A DNA stretch of 50,026 bases from IMG/VR virus record IMGVR_UViG_3300010413_000052, positions 1 to 50,026 of that record. One strand, written 5' to 3'. Below are positions 15,582 to 24,848 of this stretch, piece after piece. This stretch comes from a virus. Taxonomy: Duplodnaviria > Caudoviricetes. Position numbers and translations under genes: made by a program. The notes below the pieces were generated by a model. That model was given only the letters and a program-made list of their open reading frames with translations. It was not told the DNA's origin and did not search any database. Within the stretch, counting starts at the first letter, position 1. The number at the start of each line of letters is the position of its first letter.

Positions 15582-16789
15582 GTTATAGCCTAATACACGG
15601 TGATTGCCGAGAAGTCCTGCAACAGTTTAAGGATAATACCATTGACGCGCTGGGAACAGATCCGCCATACGGTTTATCTTTCATGAATAGATCATGGGAT
15701 AAAGAGATCCCTGGACCAGATTATTGGGCAGAGATATTGCGTGTTATGAAACCAGGCGCATATGGGGTAGTTATGGGTGGTTCTAGAACCCATCACCGAC
15801 TTGGTTGTGTTTTGGAAGACTCTGATTTTGAGATTAGGGATTGTATAATGTGGATATACGGTTCAGGTTTTCCAAAGTCTCAAAATGTAGCACTTATGAT
15901 CGATAAGCACGCTGGACATAAAAATCGAGGTAGGGCAATACCAACGGCTAGTACGTATCAGGCTTGTGACATAGACCGACAAAACAAACTTGAAAGTAAC
16001 GTTGTAGGTAAATACCAACCAATTGAAGACTTAGCAAAAGAGTGGGATGACTATGGTACGAATATTAAGCCGGCGTATGAGCCTATTTTCCTTATACGTA
16101 AACCTCTAATAGGAACTGTAGCCCAGAACATAATTGAATATGGTGTAGGAGCATTAAATATAGATGCTTGCCGCATAGGGACAGAAACAGTACCTTCAAA
16201 CCTTTTTACAGATGGTGCTAAACCTTTTGGAAATGGCGCCGGTCATGAATATGAAACTGTAGTACAACAAGGTCGTTTCCCTGCTAATGTTTGTCATGAT
16301 GGTAGTGATGAAGTTTTAGAATTATTTCCAGAAGTAAAAACAAAAGAGAGAATAACCAAATGTACCAGATCAGATAATGAAATATATGGAAAAGCAAATT
16401 CAATAACAGATTATTATATAATTGGTGGTAATCCTGCAAGGTTTTTCTATTGTTCAAAAGCTTCCCAAAAAGAACGTGAGGCCGGCCTTCATGAACGCGA
16501 TCCGATTAATGTTACAGATGGTCGAAACAAACCAACAGATAACCCCTATCAGAGAGGTAAAACCCAGCGCCGAAATACCCACACTACAGTCAAACCGATC
16601 TCACTATGTAGATGGTTATCTCGTCTCATATGTCCCATAAATGGCACATTACTTGATCCTTTTGCTGGCAGTGGTAGTTTTGGTTGCGCTGCAGTTCAAG
16701 AGGGTTTCAACTGGATAGGGATCGAATTTGAAGAAGAAAGTGTGATGATCTCAGAAGCACGCATAGAATATTGGAGTAAGCAAAAATGA
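15578..16789 (+). CDS. N4-C/N6-A DNA methyltransferase (beta-class motif order)
   Basis: TDPPYG catalytic motif near the N-terminus; HTTVKP, LDPFAGSGS, GIE near the C-terminus. Confidence 0.92.
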   Translation: MSYSLIHGDCREVLQQFKDNTIDALGTDPPYGLSFMNRSWDKEIPGPDYWAEILRVMKPGAYGVVMGGSRTHHRLGCVLEDSDFEIRDCIMWIYGSGFPKSQNVALMIDKHAGHKNRGRAIPTASTYQACDIDRQNKLESNVVGKYQPIEDLAKEWDDYGTNIKPAYEPIFLIRKPLIGTVAQNIIEYGVGALNIDACRIGTETVPSNLFTDGAKPFGNGAGHEYETVVQQGRFPANVCHDGSDEVLELFPEVKTKERITKCTRSDNEIYGKANSITDYYIIGGNPARFFYCSKASQKEREAGLHERDPINVTDGRNKPTDNPYQRGKTQRRNTHTTVKPISLCRWLSRLICPINGTLLDPFAGSGSFGCAAVQEGFNWIGIEFEEESVMISEARIEYWSKQK

Positions 16790-16980
16790 AAGCACCACAA
16801 GGACAAGTTTATGTTTGTAACCTATGCGGTAAAATGAATAAGGTAATAAAAGAAGGATGTTGTTTACTCCATAGTAAACTTTGCTATGAAGACACTGTGG
16901 CGATAGGATCTAATGGTAGGGTTATATCTGCTAGAGTTGTTTATAAGAAAGAGAAGGTAAATAAAAATGAACTTCACTGA
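16786..16980 (+). CDS. Small Cys-rich hypothetical protein
   Basis: CNLCG and CC motifs; overlaps neighbours. Confidence 0.55.
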   Translation: MKAPQGQVYVCNLCGKMNKVIKEGCCLLHSKLCYEDTVAIGSNGRVISARVVYKKEKVNKNELH

Positions 16981-17293
16981 TGCTATATTAGAAAAAATAT
17001 ATGGTGAAAAGGCAATAGATGAGTGTAAATTAGAAACGTTGCGTCTAGATAACGCAAGATTAAGAGAAGAAAACGAAAACCTGAAAGTAAGCTTTAGATC
17101 AGATACAAAGCTACTAAACGAAAAAGAAGATGAAATTTTTAATCTGCATAGTGAAATAGAAATATTAGAACAATATTTAAATGATAAAAATAAAGAAATA
17201 GATTTTTATAAAAAAGAAGCAAGAGAATCAAAACAAGCACTATATAGATTAAAAGAAGAAATAACAACATATTTAAAATCCCTACCAATATGA
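16967..17293 (+). CDS. Coiled-coil hypothetical protein
   Basis: ORF track; heptad pattern. Confidence 0.6.
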   Translation: MNFTDAILEKIYGEKAIDECKLETLRLDNARLREENENLKVSFRSDTKLLNEKEDEIFNLHSEIEILEQYLNDKNKEIDFYKKEARESKQALYRLKEEITTYLKSLPI

Positions 17294-18435
17294 CAAAACC
17301 AAGACTAAAAACCTCAGCAACACAGATTAACGAATTTCTTACTTGTAAACGCCGGTGGGTTGCATCCTATGTATTAGGCATTAAGCAACCACAAACAGAA
17401 GCTATGGCATTTGGTGAAACAGGCCATAAGTATCTTGAAAATTACATGAAATATGGTACACCACCAGACGCAGAAAAGCCCTGGCAATTTACAAAAGAAA
17501 GCAGAATTCGATATCCCGGTTTATCTGCTAAAAAAGCTATTAAACACATACCAAAACCAGGTACAGCAAGGGCAGAACACGGTTTTAGTTTTATAATAAA
17601 TGGTATTGAATTCATAGGATATATCGATCTTGAGTATTTTGATGAACATAAAAACATATATTTGACTGATTATAAATTTGTATCTAGTTATCAAAGTGCT
17701 CTGGATTCAGACAGTCTACAAACAAACGTGCAAGCTACTATTTACGCCGCAAAAGCAATATTTGAATATAAAGTAGAAAATATAAATCTAAAGTGGATTT
17801 ATATACTCTCAACAAAAAACCCGTCTGCGAGAACTATTACATCTGGATTAACTAAAAAACAAACTAGTGATCAACTTAAGAAATTACTAGATATTTGTGA
17901 AGAAATGATTGAGTTGAGAGACAGTATAAAACAAGAAAAATACTCGGACATAGAAATTTTAAATGAAATACAACCGACCATAGAATCATGTTCACGGTAT
18001 GGCGGTTGTTATTATATTAACATGTGTAACCTTACACCCGAACAATTAATGCAAGGAGATTTTAAAGAAATGGATAATGATTTATCAAGTAAATTAAAAG
18101 GACTAGGATTAGATCAATATATAAAAAAAGATACGTCCAAAAAAGATGACCCACCTGAAGTAAAAGGACCGCCACCTTCAAACGGTGGAACTAAAACAAC
18201 TGCTAAAGGGACTATGGATCTGTCTCAATTCATGAAACAGCCAACAGTACACACTGAACAAAAACCTGAAGAAAGGGCACCTGTAGAAGTTGTGCAAACC
18301 ACTATAGTACCGCCGGCGAAACTAAATGCACCAGAACACTACACACAAGAAGTTAAAGAAGTAGTTGCAGACTTATCAGATGAAGATAAGTCAGCTTTTT
18401 TACGGGTTGTAAAGGCCGTTTTAGATCGTATCTAA
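17290..18435 (+). CDS. PD-(D/E)xK exonuclease (Cas4/RecB-like)
   Basis: SATQI..F..C, GETGH, GYIDL, DYK, Q..IY, C..YGGC....C. Confidence 0.85.
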   Translation: MTKPRLKTSATQINEFLTCKRRWVASYVLGIKQPQTEAMAFGETGHKYLENYMKYGTPPDAEKPWQFTKESRIRYPGLSAKKAIKHIPKPGTARAEHGFSFIINGIEFIGYIDLEYFDEHKNIYLTDYKFVSSYQSALDSDSLQTNVQATIYAAKAIFEYKVENINLKWIYILSTKNPSARTITSGLTKKQTSDQLKKLLDICEEMIELRDSIKQEKYSDIEILNEIQPTIESCSRYGGCYYINMCNLTPEQLMQGDFKEMDNDLSSKLKGLGLDQYIKKDTSKKDDPPEVKGPPPSNGGTKTTAKGTMDLSQFMKQPTVHTEQKPEERAPVEVVQTTIVPPAKLNAPEHYTQEVKEVVADLSDEDKSAFLRVVKAVLDRI

Positions 18436-18438
18436 ATT

Positions 18439-20115
18439 GTGGACTACATATCACCAACAAAGGAGTTCATCAGGATCAAAAAATTACCTAGACGTATATT
18501 TGATCCTGAAGACTCCGAATTGTTGGAAATTAAAGATATGCTATCTGCATACTTAAAAACACCAGAAGGCACACAAGACCTACTTCCTATTCAAGCTTTT
18601 GTGTTAAAAGAATTTCACGATTACAAAGGGTTTATAGGTGCAATACCTGTTGGTAAAGGTAAAACCCATATGTTTGCACTTGCGCCATCTGTGATTGACT
18701 GTGAACGACCATTGGGAATAGTACCAGCTAAACACTTAAAAGAGAAAACACCACGGCACTTAAAACAGATAGCGCAACACTGGAAAGTACGATCAGATAT
18801 TCAGTTAATATCATATGAAAAACTTGGTGTTGTATCTGGTAAGGACATATTATTTGATATAAAACCAGACGTTATTCTTTTAGATGAAATGCAGTATGTT
18901 AAAAACCGTAAAGGGGTTGCTAGAACAAAACGATTAGAGAAATATATTAGAGCGCACAGACCAAAAATACTTGGATTAAGTGGAACATTTATAGATCGGT
19001 CATTGACTCAAGGATGGCATATTCTTTATTGGACACATCCTTACCATATGCCACTACCTCGAAAATGGTGGGAATTCAATAGATGGGTTCAGGCCATAGA
19101 AGGTAATCCGCTTTTTACAGATCTTTCACCGGGTGTACTTAACGAATTTTGTAATATGAATGAAGAATTGTCAGATGCAATCGGACGCAGAATTGTTGAA
19201 ACACCCGGAATTGTTGCAATGAACTCGAATGGCGCAAGGTCAAGTCTCACAGTGGAGGCAGTTTTCCCAGATGTACCAGACGAGATAGGCCGCGCAGTAG
19301 CAGAAATGAGAGAGACTTGGGAAACACCAGGAAGTGAACCTTTTGAATTACAGCTCGACTTGTGGCGTCATGCTCGAACTTTAGGAACCGGATATTACAA
19401 TAAGTGGAAAGATCCACCACCAACGGAATGGTTATTTAAGCGTAGAAAATGGTCAAAAATGGCGCGAGAAGTGCTTTACAGATCACGCCTATATGAGACA
19501 CCAAAAGAGATCGCTTTAGCAGCACAGCGAGGTAAATTATCATCCCAGCAGGCCAATATTTACTTTGAGTGGGCTGAAATACGGGATATCTACAAACCGG
19601 TAACGGTGCCAGTATGGATCTCGGATTATCTTATACAGTATTGTTGTAATTGGGTTAAAGAAAATCCACGTGGTCTTGTGTGGTGTGAACTTAAGGCTTT
19701 TTCATATCGACTCGCAAAAGAAGCAAATGTGCCATATTTTTGTCATCTTGGAAAAGATGATAGTGGCATATTTGTTGAGGATTATGGTAAGGGACCGGCC
19801 GTTGTAAGCCCACGAGCAATTCAAGATGGATATAACCTACAGTACAATTGGGATACAAATCTAATCGTCTCTTGTCCACCAAACAATGAGGCAATAGAGC
19901 AGGTTATAGGCCGCACACACAGAGAGTTCCAATCATCTGATGAAGTGAAAGTCCAATTTGTTTTCACTGTAGACGAAACAATTGCTGGTTTTGAGAAAAT
20001 GATCGAAGAAGCAAGAAAGTACAAGAGTATTTTGAACTCAAAACTCCTGTACGCTGACTACATAAATTTGGATATTACTAAACCAATAGGAGTGCAACGT
20101 TATGATAAGAAATAA
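18439..20115 (+). CDS. SF2 (SNF2-like) DNA helicase
   Basis: VGKGKT, LLDEMQ, LSGT, GYNLQ, EQVIGRTHR. Confidence 0.88.
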   Translation: MDYISPTKEFIRIKKLPRRIFDPEDSELLEIKDMLSAYLKTPEGTQDLLPIQAFVLKEFHDYKGFIGAIPVGKGKTHMFALAPSVIDCERPLGIVPAKHLKEKTPRHLKQIAQHWKVRSDIQLISYEKLGVVSGKDILFDIKPDVILLDEMQYVKNRKGVARTKRLEKYIRAHRPKILGLSGTFIDRSLTQGWHILYWTHPYHMPLPRKWWEFNRWVQAIEGNPLFTDLSPGVLNEFCNMNEELSDAIGRRIVETPGIVAMNSNGARSSLTVEAVFPDVPDEIGRAVAEMRETWETPGSEPFELQLDLWRHARTLGTGYYNKWKDPPPTEWLFKRRKWSKMAREVLYRSRLYETPKEIALAAQRGKLSSQQANIYFEWAEIRDIYKPVTVPVWISDYLIQYCCNWVKENPRGLVWCELKAFSYRLAKEANVPYFCHLGKDDSGIFVEDYGKGPAVVSPRAIQDGYNLQYNWDTNLIVSCPPNNEAIEQVIGRTHREFQSSDEVKVQFVFTVDETIAGFEKMIEEARKYKSILNSKLLYADYINLDITKPIGVQRYDKK

Positions 20116-20251
20116 TATAAATAAAATACTAAAAGAATTAGATATACCAAAAAAAGAAATAGAAAAATTAAAAAATAATTTTTTCAAAAATTTCCCACAA
20201 ACAAAAGAATATATCGAATATTTAAATAAAAAAGTAAAAAATGCAGAATAA
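20102..20251 (+). CDS. 49-aa mini-protein resembling PolA fingers helices (not in ORF track)
   Basis: RBS AGGAG at 20088-20092; MIRNNINKILKELDIPKKEIEKLKNNFFKNFPQTKEYIEYLNKKVKNAE*. Confidence 0.6.
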   Translation: MIRNNINKILKELDIPKKEIEKLKNNFFKNFPQTKEYIEYLNKKVKNAE

Positions 20252-20393
20252 CTACCATTATTACTATGAAATAGTTGTACTTGCAGCACTAGCAATAATA
20301 ATTTTTTCGATTCAAGCTTTAACAAAAAGTGTGAATTATTTGGAGGATAAAATTGAATGTATTAATCAAGAAACAACAGGAGTTAATAAATGA
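20241..20393 (+). CDS. Small single-TM protein (not in ORF track)
   Basis: MQNNYHYYYEIVVLAALAIIIFSIQAL...; overlaps the upstream stop. Confidence 0.45.
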   Translation: MQNNYHYYYEIVVLAALAIIIFSIQALTKSVNYLEDKIECINQETTGVNK

Positions 20394-20509
20394 ACTAAAT
20401 AAGAGAATAGAAACTAAAAGTAGAATGATTAGAGTACAAGAAGCAATAATTAATAAACAAGAATTTACAATTAATGAATTATATAAAGAATTATTTGAAA
20501 GGATAAGAA

Positions 20510-20719
20510 ATGGAAATAATAAACAATAAAAAAGATGAATATGTGCGTTTATATGATATGCAACCTACAGCTGTATTTAAAGAAGCTGATGATGTGTTAA
20601 TGAAGTGTGAAATAAAAGTAGGATATTGTAATGTAATATCATTAAAAACTGGTAAATTTCATGATTATGACGCAAATATGAAGTATAAACAAGAAAAAGT
20701 AAAATTAATAATTGAATAA
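20510..20719 (+). CDS. Hypothetical protein
   Basis: ORF track; RBS AAGGA. Confidence 0.6.
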   Translation: MEIINNKKDEYVRLYDMQPTAVFKEADDVLMKCEIKVGYCNVISLKTGKFHDYDANMKYKQEKVKLIIE

Positions 20720-20740
20720 ATAAAAAAAGGATAAGAAAAA

Positions 20741-21241
20741 ATGACAGATAACAATAATAACGACTTTGATGCAATGTTTGCAAACAATGATGACGTGTTT
20801 TCAGGGCTGGATGATCCAGAACTTCAAACATATAATCGATTACCTTTTTTCAATAGTGAATTTAATTATCTACTTGAGATAGATACAATAAAGTTTAGTG
20901 TATCTTCTCAGAATACAAATCGATATTATCATATCGAGTTTACTATTTTGGAGTCATCTGATCCCGAACTTTTTGCAGGTCAACAAGCACGGCATACAAT
21001 TACCATTTCAGGTCAACCTAAGTTTAAAGCTTACGGTCCTGCAGCTTTCAAAGGTTTCCTATCAGCAGTAACGGGTATACCAGAAAAAAGAGCAGATCTA
21101 CCTGATGGTTTTTGGGGCGCAGTAGCTACAGCTGCAATTAAAGAAGGTAAACTAAACGGTGAAAAAGTACGACTACAGACCGTGCGAAATAATAATAATG
21201 AGAATTTTCCTTTTCATAATTATTCACACTATAATGGTTAA
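20741..21241 (+). CDS. Putative ssDNA-binding/replication accessory protein
   Basis: Beta-rich OB-like pattern, acidic N-terminus, position between helicase and polymerase. Confidence 0.45.
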   Translation: MTDNNNNDFDAMFANNDDVFSGLDDPELQTYNRLPFFNSEFNYLLEIDTIKFSVSSQNTNRYYHIEFTILESSDPELFAGQQARHTITISGQPKFKAYGPAAFKGFLSAVTGIPEKRADLPDGFWGAVATAAIKEGKLNGEKVRLQTVRNNNNENFPFHNYSHYNG

Positions 21242-21243
21242 TA

Positions 21244-21465
21244 ATGTTATCAGATAGACAAAAAAGACGTAACCTATTACATAAAAGCAAAAAGAAAATA
21301 GACTTTATAATAAAAGTCCATTCACGATCAGAAGTACTAAAAAATTCTGATAAAAAAGCACCAAAAGAAGAAATAAAGAAATTGTTTGTAAAAGAGGCAC
21401 GCCGACTTGTAAAACTAGGTATAGTTCAAATGCCAAAATGTTTAACTTTTAGGGACTTTGAATAA
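21244..21465 (+). CDS. Basic hypothetical protein
   Basis: ORF track; TAATG coupling to the polymerase gene. Confidence 0.6.
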   Translation: MLSDRQKRRNLLHKSKKKIDFIIKVHSRSEVLKNSDKKAPKEEIKKLFVKEARRLVKLGIVQMPKCLTFRDFE

Positions 21466-23513
21466 TGTACACTGTTATAGATACCGAAACCGATCTAATA
21501 GATCGCTCATATACTTACCCTAAAATAAGTTGTTTGACTTATTGTGACGATCAAGATCGGTACGGTATCTATAGCTATAAATGCAACAAGATAGAACAAT
21601 ATATAGGGGATATTCTTGAAAAAGGTGGTCATCTGGTAGCGCATAATGCGGCTTTTGATATGGGAGTTCTATGTGAGAACTACCCCAATCTCTTACCTCT
21701 TATCTTTCAAGCATACGATGAAGACCGAATTCATTGTACAATGATACGGCAAAAAATCCTTGATATTGCACTTGGATATATAACAGCAGATGAAAGTGGT
21801 GAAAAAAACATAGGTTTCTATAAAAACCATTTTGATGGTAAACGATACCTAATAAAATACTCATTAAAGGATCTACATTATCGTCGTACTGGTGAAGAAT
21901 TAGAAAAAGGTCAAGAACGTGTAACCTTTGGTCCTTTACGAGATTTACCCCTTGAACAGTGGCCTAAAAAACATATAGAATATGCTATAAAAGATGCCAT
22001 AGTTACAAAACCTCTTTATGAGGCACAAGCAACACCTAAGCTGGCACATTACCTTGAATGTGAAGGTCTACAAACTCGCGCTTCTTTTTGTCTTGGACTT
22101 ATCACGGCTCACGGTTTACGTACTGATAAAGAATTTGTTGATAAGTTAAGAGAAGAAACAGAACGCGAAATTGCCAAGTACCAACCAAAACTACCACAAG
22201 GTTGGCTAGTTAAAGATGTACTTAAACAGAACCCCGCAAAAGAAAGAGTAATGTGGCATGTAAGAGAAAAAAGTATCTGGCCTAAACTTACAAAGGCCGG
22301 TATAAAAATACAACTTAAAAATGATAAAAAAGGACTTGCAACTGCCCTTGTACATAATGACGAAATAGTAGCTATTACAAGTAGAGTAATAGATAGAAGT
22401 GATGAATTTGTAACCCTAAAACACCTATCCATAGATAAAGAAGCAAGTGAAGATCTCGAAGATGAAGATCTAATAACACGCACAAAGTTTCATTCTGCTA
22501 GAACTGTTTTGAGTAAGACCATACCTGTTTTAGAACAAGGGATAAATCTACCAATACAACCATCATATGAACCTTTATTAGCAACAGGTCGGACTAGCAG
22601 TTATGCAAGACCACCACTTGTTGGTGATAATATTCAAAACCAAAAAAGAAAACCAGGTGTAAGAGAATGTTATATTCCAAGACCAGGAAAAATATTCTGT
22701 GCAATAGATTATGATACAGCTGAGCTTAGGACACTGGCAGAAGTATGTTATCAATGGCTAGGATATTCAACATTAGGTGACAGTATAAACGCTGGTCTTG
22801 ATCCACATCTTGATTTTGCTTCTAATATATTATGCATACTATACGAAGAAGCCTTACAACGCAAAAAACAAAAAGATAAACAAATAAAAGAAGTACGACA
22901 AACCTCAAAAGCTGCAAATTTTGGTTATCCTGGTGGCGCAGGTCCAAGATCATTTCAACAATACGCAAAAGGTTATGGTGTAAAACTCACAGAAGAAGAG
23001 GCACGTAATCTAAAAGAAAAATGGCTTGAAAAATACCCAGAAATGAAAGAGTATTTCAAATATATAAGCCAAAAAATAAAAGCTGGAAATGGTAAATGTC
23101 AAATAAAAGTCCCTATGTCAAACTTTTACCGTGGCGGTTGCCGTTACACAGTGGCCTGTAATACACCATTTCAGAATCTCACAGCAACAGGTGCAAAAGA
23201 TGCAATGTGGGAACTTGTAAAAGCCATGTATTGGTATGGACAAAACGAGATACTTTATGGTGAACGAATTCCCGCATTCATACATGACGAATTTTTATTT
23301 GAATTTAGAGATGAACATCCACACAAGTCAAAAGCTGCAAATGAAGCAACACGTATAATGGTACAGTCCTTTAACAAATATGTTCCACACTGCCCGGTTA
23401 CAGCTGCACCTGTACTCATGAATAGATGGTCAAAAAAAGCAGATGATGTTAAAATAGATGATAAAGGTAATCATATACCATATATTTTTGAAATAAAGGA
23501 TATTTTTAAATGA
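21465..23513 (+). CDS. polA: Family A DNA polymerase with 3'-5' exonuclease
   Basis: ExoI IDTET, ExoII HNAAFD, ExoIII YAIKD; TGRTSS; motif A DYDTAELR; motif B RQTSKAANFG; motif C IHDE. Confidence 0.95.
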   Translation: MYTVIDTETDLIDRSYTYPKISCLTYCDDQDRYGIYSYKCNKIEQYIGDILEKGGHLVAHNAAFDMGVLCENYPNLLPLIFQAYDEDRIHCTMIRQKILDIALGYITADESGEKNIGFYKNHFDGKRYLIKYSLKDLHYRRTGEELEKGQERVTFGPLRDLPLEQWPKKHIEYAIKDAIVTKPLYEAQATPKLAHYLECEGLQTRASFCLGLITAHGLRTDKEFVDKLREETEREIAKYQPKLPQGWLVKDVLKQNPAKERVMWHVREKSIWPKLTKAGIKIQLKNDKKGLATALVHNDEIVAITSRVIDRSDEFVTLKHLSIDKEASEDLEDEDLITRTKFHSARTVLSKTIPVLEQGINLPIQPSYEPLLATGRTSSYARPPLVGDNIQNQKRKPGVRECYIPRPGKIFCAIDYDTAELRTLAEVCYQWLGYSTLGDSINAGLDPHLDFASNILCILYEEALQRKKQKDKQIKEVRQTSKAANFGYPGGAGPRSFQQYAKGYGVKLTEEEARNLKEKWLEKYPEMKEYFKYISQKIKAGNGKCQIKVPMSNFYRGGCRYTVACNTPFQNLTATGAKDAMWELVKAMYWYGQNEILYGERIPAFIHDEFLFEFRDEHPHKSKAANEATRIMVQSFNKYVPHCPVTAAPVLMNRWSKKADDVKIDDKGNHIPYIFEIKDIFK

Positions 23514-24004
23514 AAGATTCTTTTGCAATAGATCCAAGTATTCGTGCTTGTGGATGGGCTCGGTTTATATATCCTACTAATTATATTTATGCCGGCCTTT
23601 GTAGATCAAAAGAAAAAAGATCAGAAGATGCAATACTTGATATTACAAATCAAATAAAAAGCGAATTACCAATTCATTTATCGCATCTCATAATTGAACG
23701 TCCTATATTATTAGAAGGTTGGACAAAAAATAGAAAAGCGCTTGAAAAATTACTTGCTTGTTATGGTGCGTTACTTACTTTAAAAGAAGATCCAACTGTT
23801 AACCTTTGGACACCTTCTGTTCCAGAATGGAAAGGACAGATTAGTAAAAATATTTCATATTTTAGAGCACTTAGAATAATAAAAAATAACTATATACAAC
23901 TTAACATTTCAAAAGGCATACCAAACAATTTATTACATAATACACAAGATGCAATTGCATTATTAACAACATATTTAGTAAGAGAAAGGATCATACATGT
24001 TTAA
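23510..24004 (+). CDS. RuvC-like Holliday junction resolvase
   Basis: AIDPS..CGWA, IIERP, PEWKG, HNTQDAIAL. Confidence 0.75.
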   Translation: MKDSFAIDPSIRACGWARFIYPTNYIYAGLCRSKEKRSEDAILDITNQIKSELPIHLSHLIIERPILLEGWTKNRKALEKLLACYGALLTLKEDPTVNLWTPSVPEWKGQISKNISYFRALRIIKNNYIQLNISKGIPNNLLHNTQDAIALLTTYLVRERIIHV

Positions 24005-24824
24005 ACTAGTACAAAAAACAACTACAGGGCAATGTGATGCTATGCGCTGTAAAGGAACACCAGAACAAGAATGTGAAGTTGACGGTCGAATAGTAAACCT
24101 CTGTACAAAACATGCTGCAGAGTTACAAGAAAAACCAGAGCAACCAAAACAAGACATAACACTACCAACAGGTTCACTTGAAAATATTCTTGTTCAAAAT
24201 TTAGCTGTGAAATCCGGCGCAATAGAATCACGTGAAAAACAAGCAATACAAATACATGAAATAGCTCTAGCTATACCTGTAAAAGATGTGAGCACAAGAG
24301 ATAAGGCCGATGAACTATTGAGTATGGTGCACCAAGAAGAAAAAGCACTCAAGGCCGAAGTAGCTGCAATGTACAAACCAATTAAAGACGCTGCTACAGC
24401 AACAAAAAAGCGATTAGATTCTTGGTTTGGTCCTACATTACAGTTCTACGCAGAAGCAAAAACAACGTTAAAAGAAAAGATAGGGGATTTTATTCGCCTA
24501 GAAAAAGCGAAAGAGGATGTAGCATTAGCAACTGGTGATCATGAAACAGCGGCATTATGTGCTACAGAAGCATCAGAAAATGTAAGACTTAAAAGAGAAT
24601 ATGAATATGTAATTGAAAATGATGGTATAAATCTTCCTATTCAATTCTTAACACCGAATGAAGATAGAAATCTTGAAATAGTACAATTATTGCCTCGTGA
24701 ATTATTAATACCAAACTATGATCTGATTAGTGCATTAGTAAAAGAACATGGCACACTTCTTGAAATTCCAGATGTTAGAGTCATCATGATCGAAAAAGTT
24801 CAAATGAAGGGTAAGCGCTCATAG
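23997..24824 (+). CDS. Hypothetical protein with Zn-finger-like N-terminus and coiled-coil core
   Basis: CDAMRC...LCTKH; long helical region. Confidence 0.6.
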   Translation: MFKLVQKTTTGQCDAMRCKGTPEQECEVDGRIVNLCTKHAAELQEKPEQPKQDITLPTGSLENILVQNLAVKSGAIESREKQAIQIHEIALAIPVKDVSTRDKADELLSMVHQEEKALKAEVAAMYKPIKDAATATKKRLDSWFGPTLQFYAEAKTTLKEKIGDFIRLEKAKEDVALATGDHETAALCATEASENVRLKREYEYVIENDGINLPIQFLTPNEDRNLEIVQLLPRELLIPNYDLISALVKEHGTLLEIPDVRVIMIEKVQMKGKRS

Positions 24825-24848
24825 AAGAAAGGTAAAAGGTCGTAGAAC

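Noticed and set aside
17290-18435. Cas4-like nuclease as part of a CRISPR system
   Set aside because: It is a stand-alone PD-(D/E)xK exonuclease in a replication module, which is common in phages; no cas1/cas2 or array is present.
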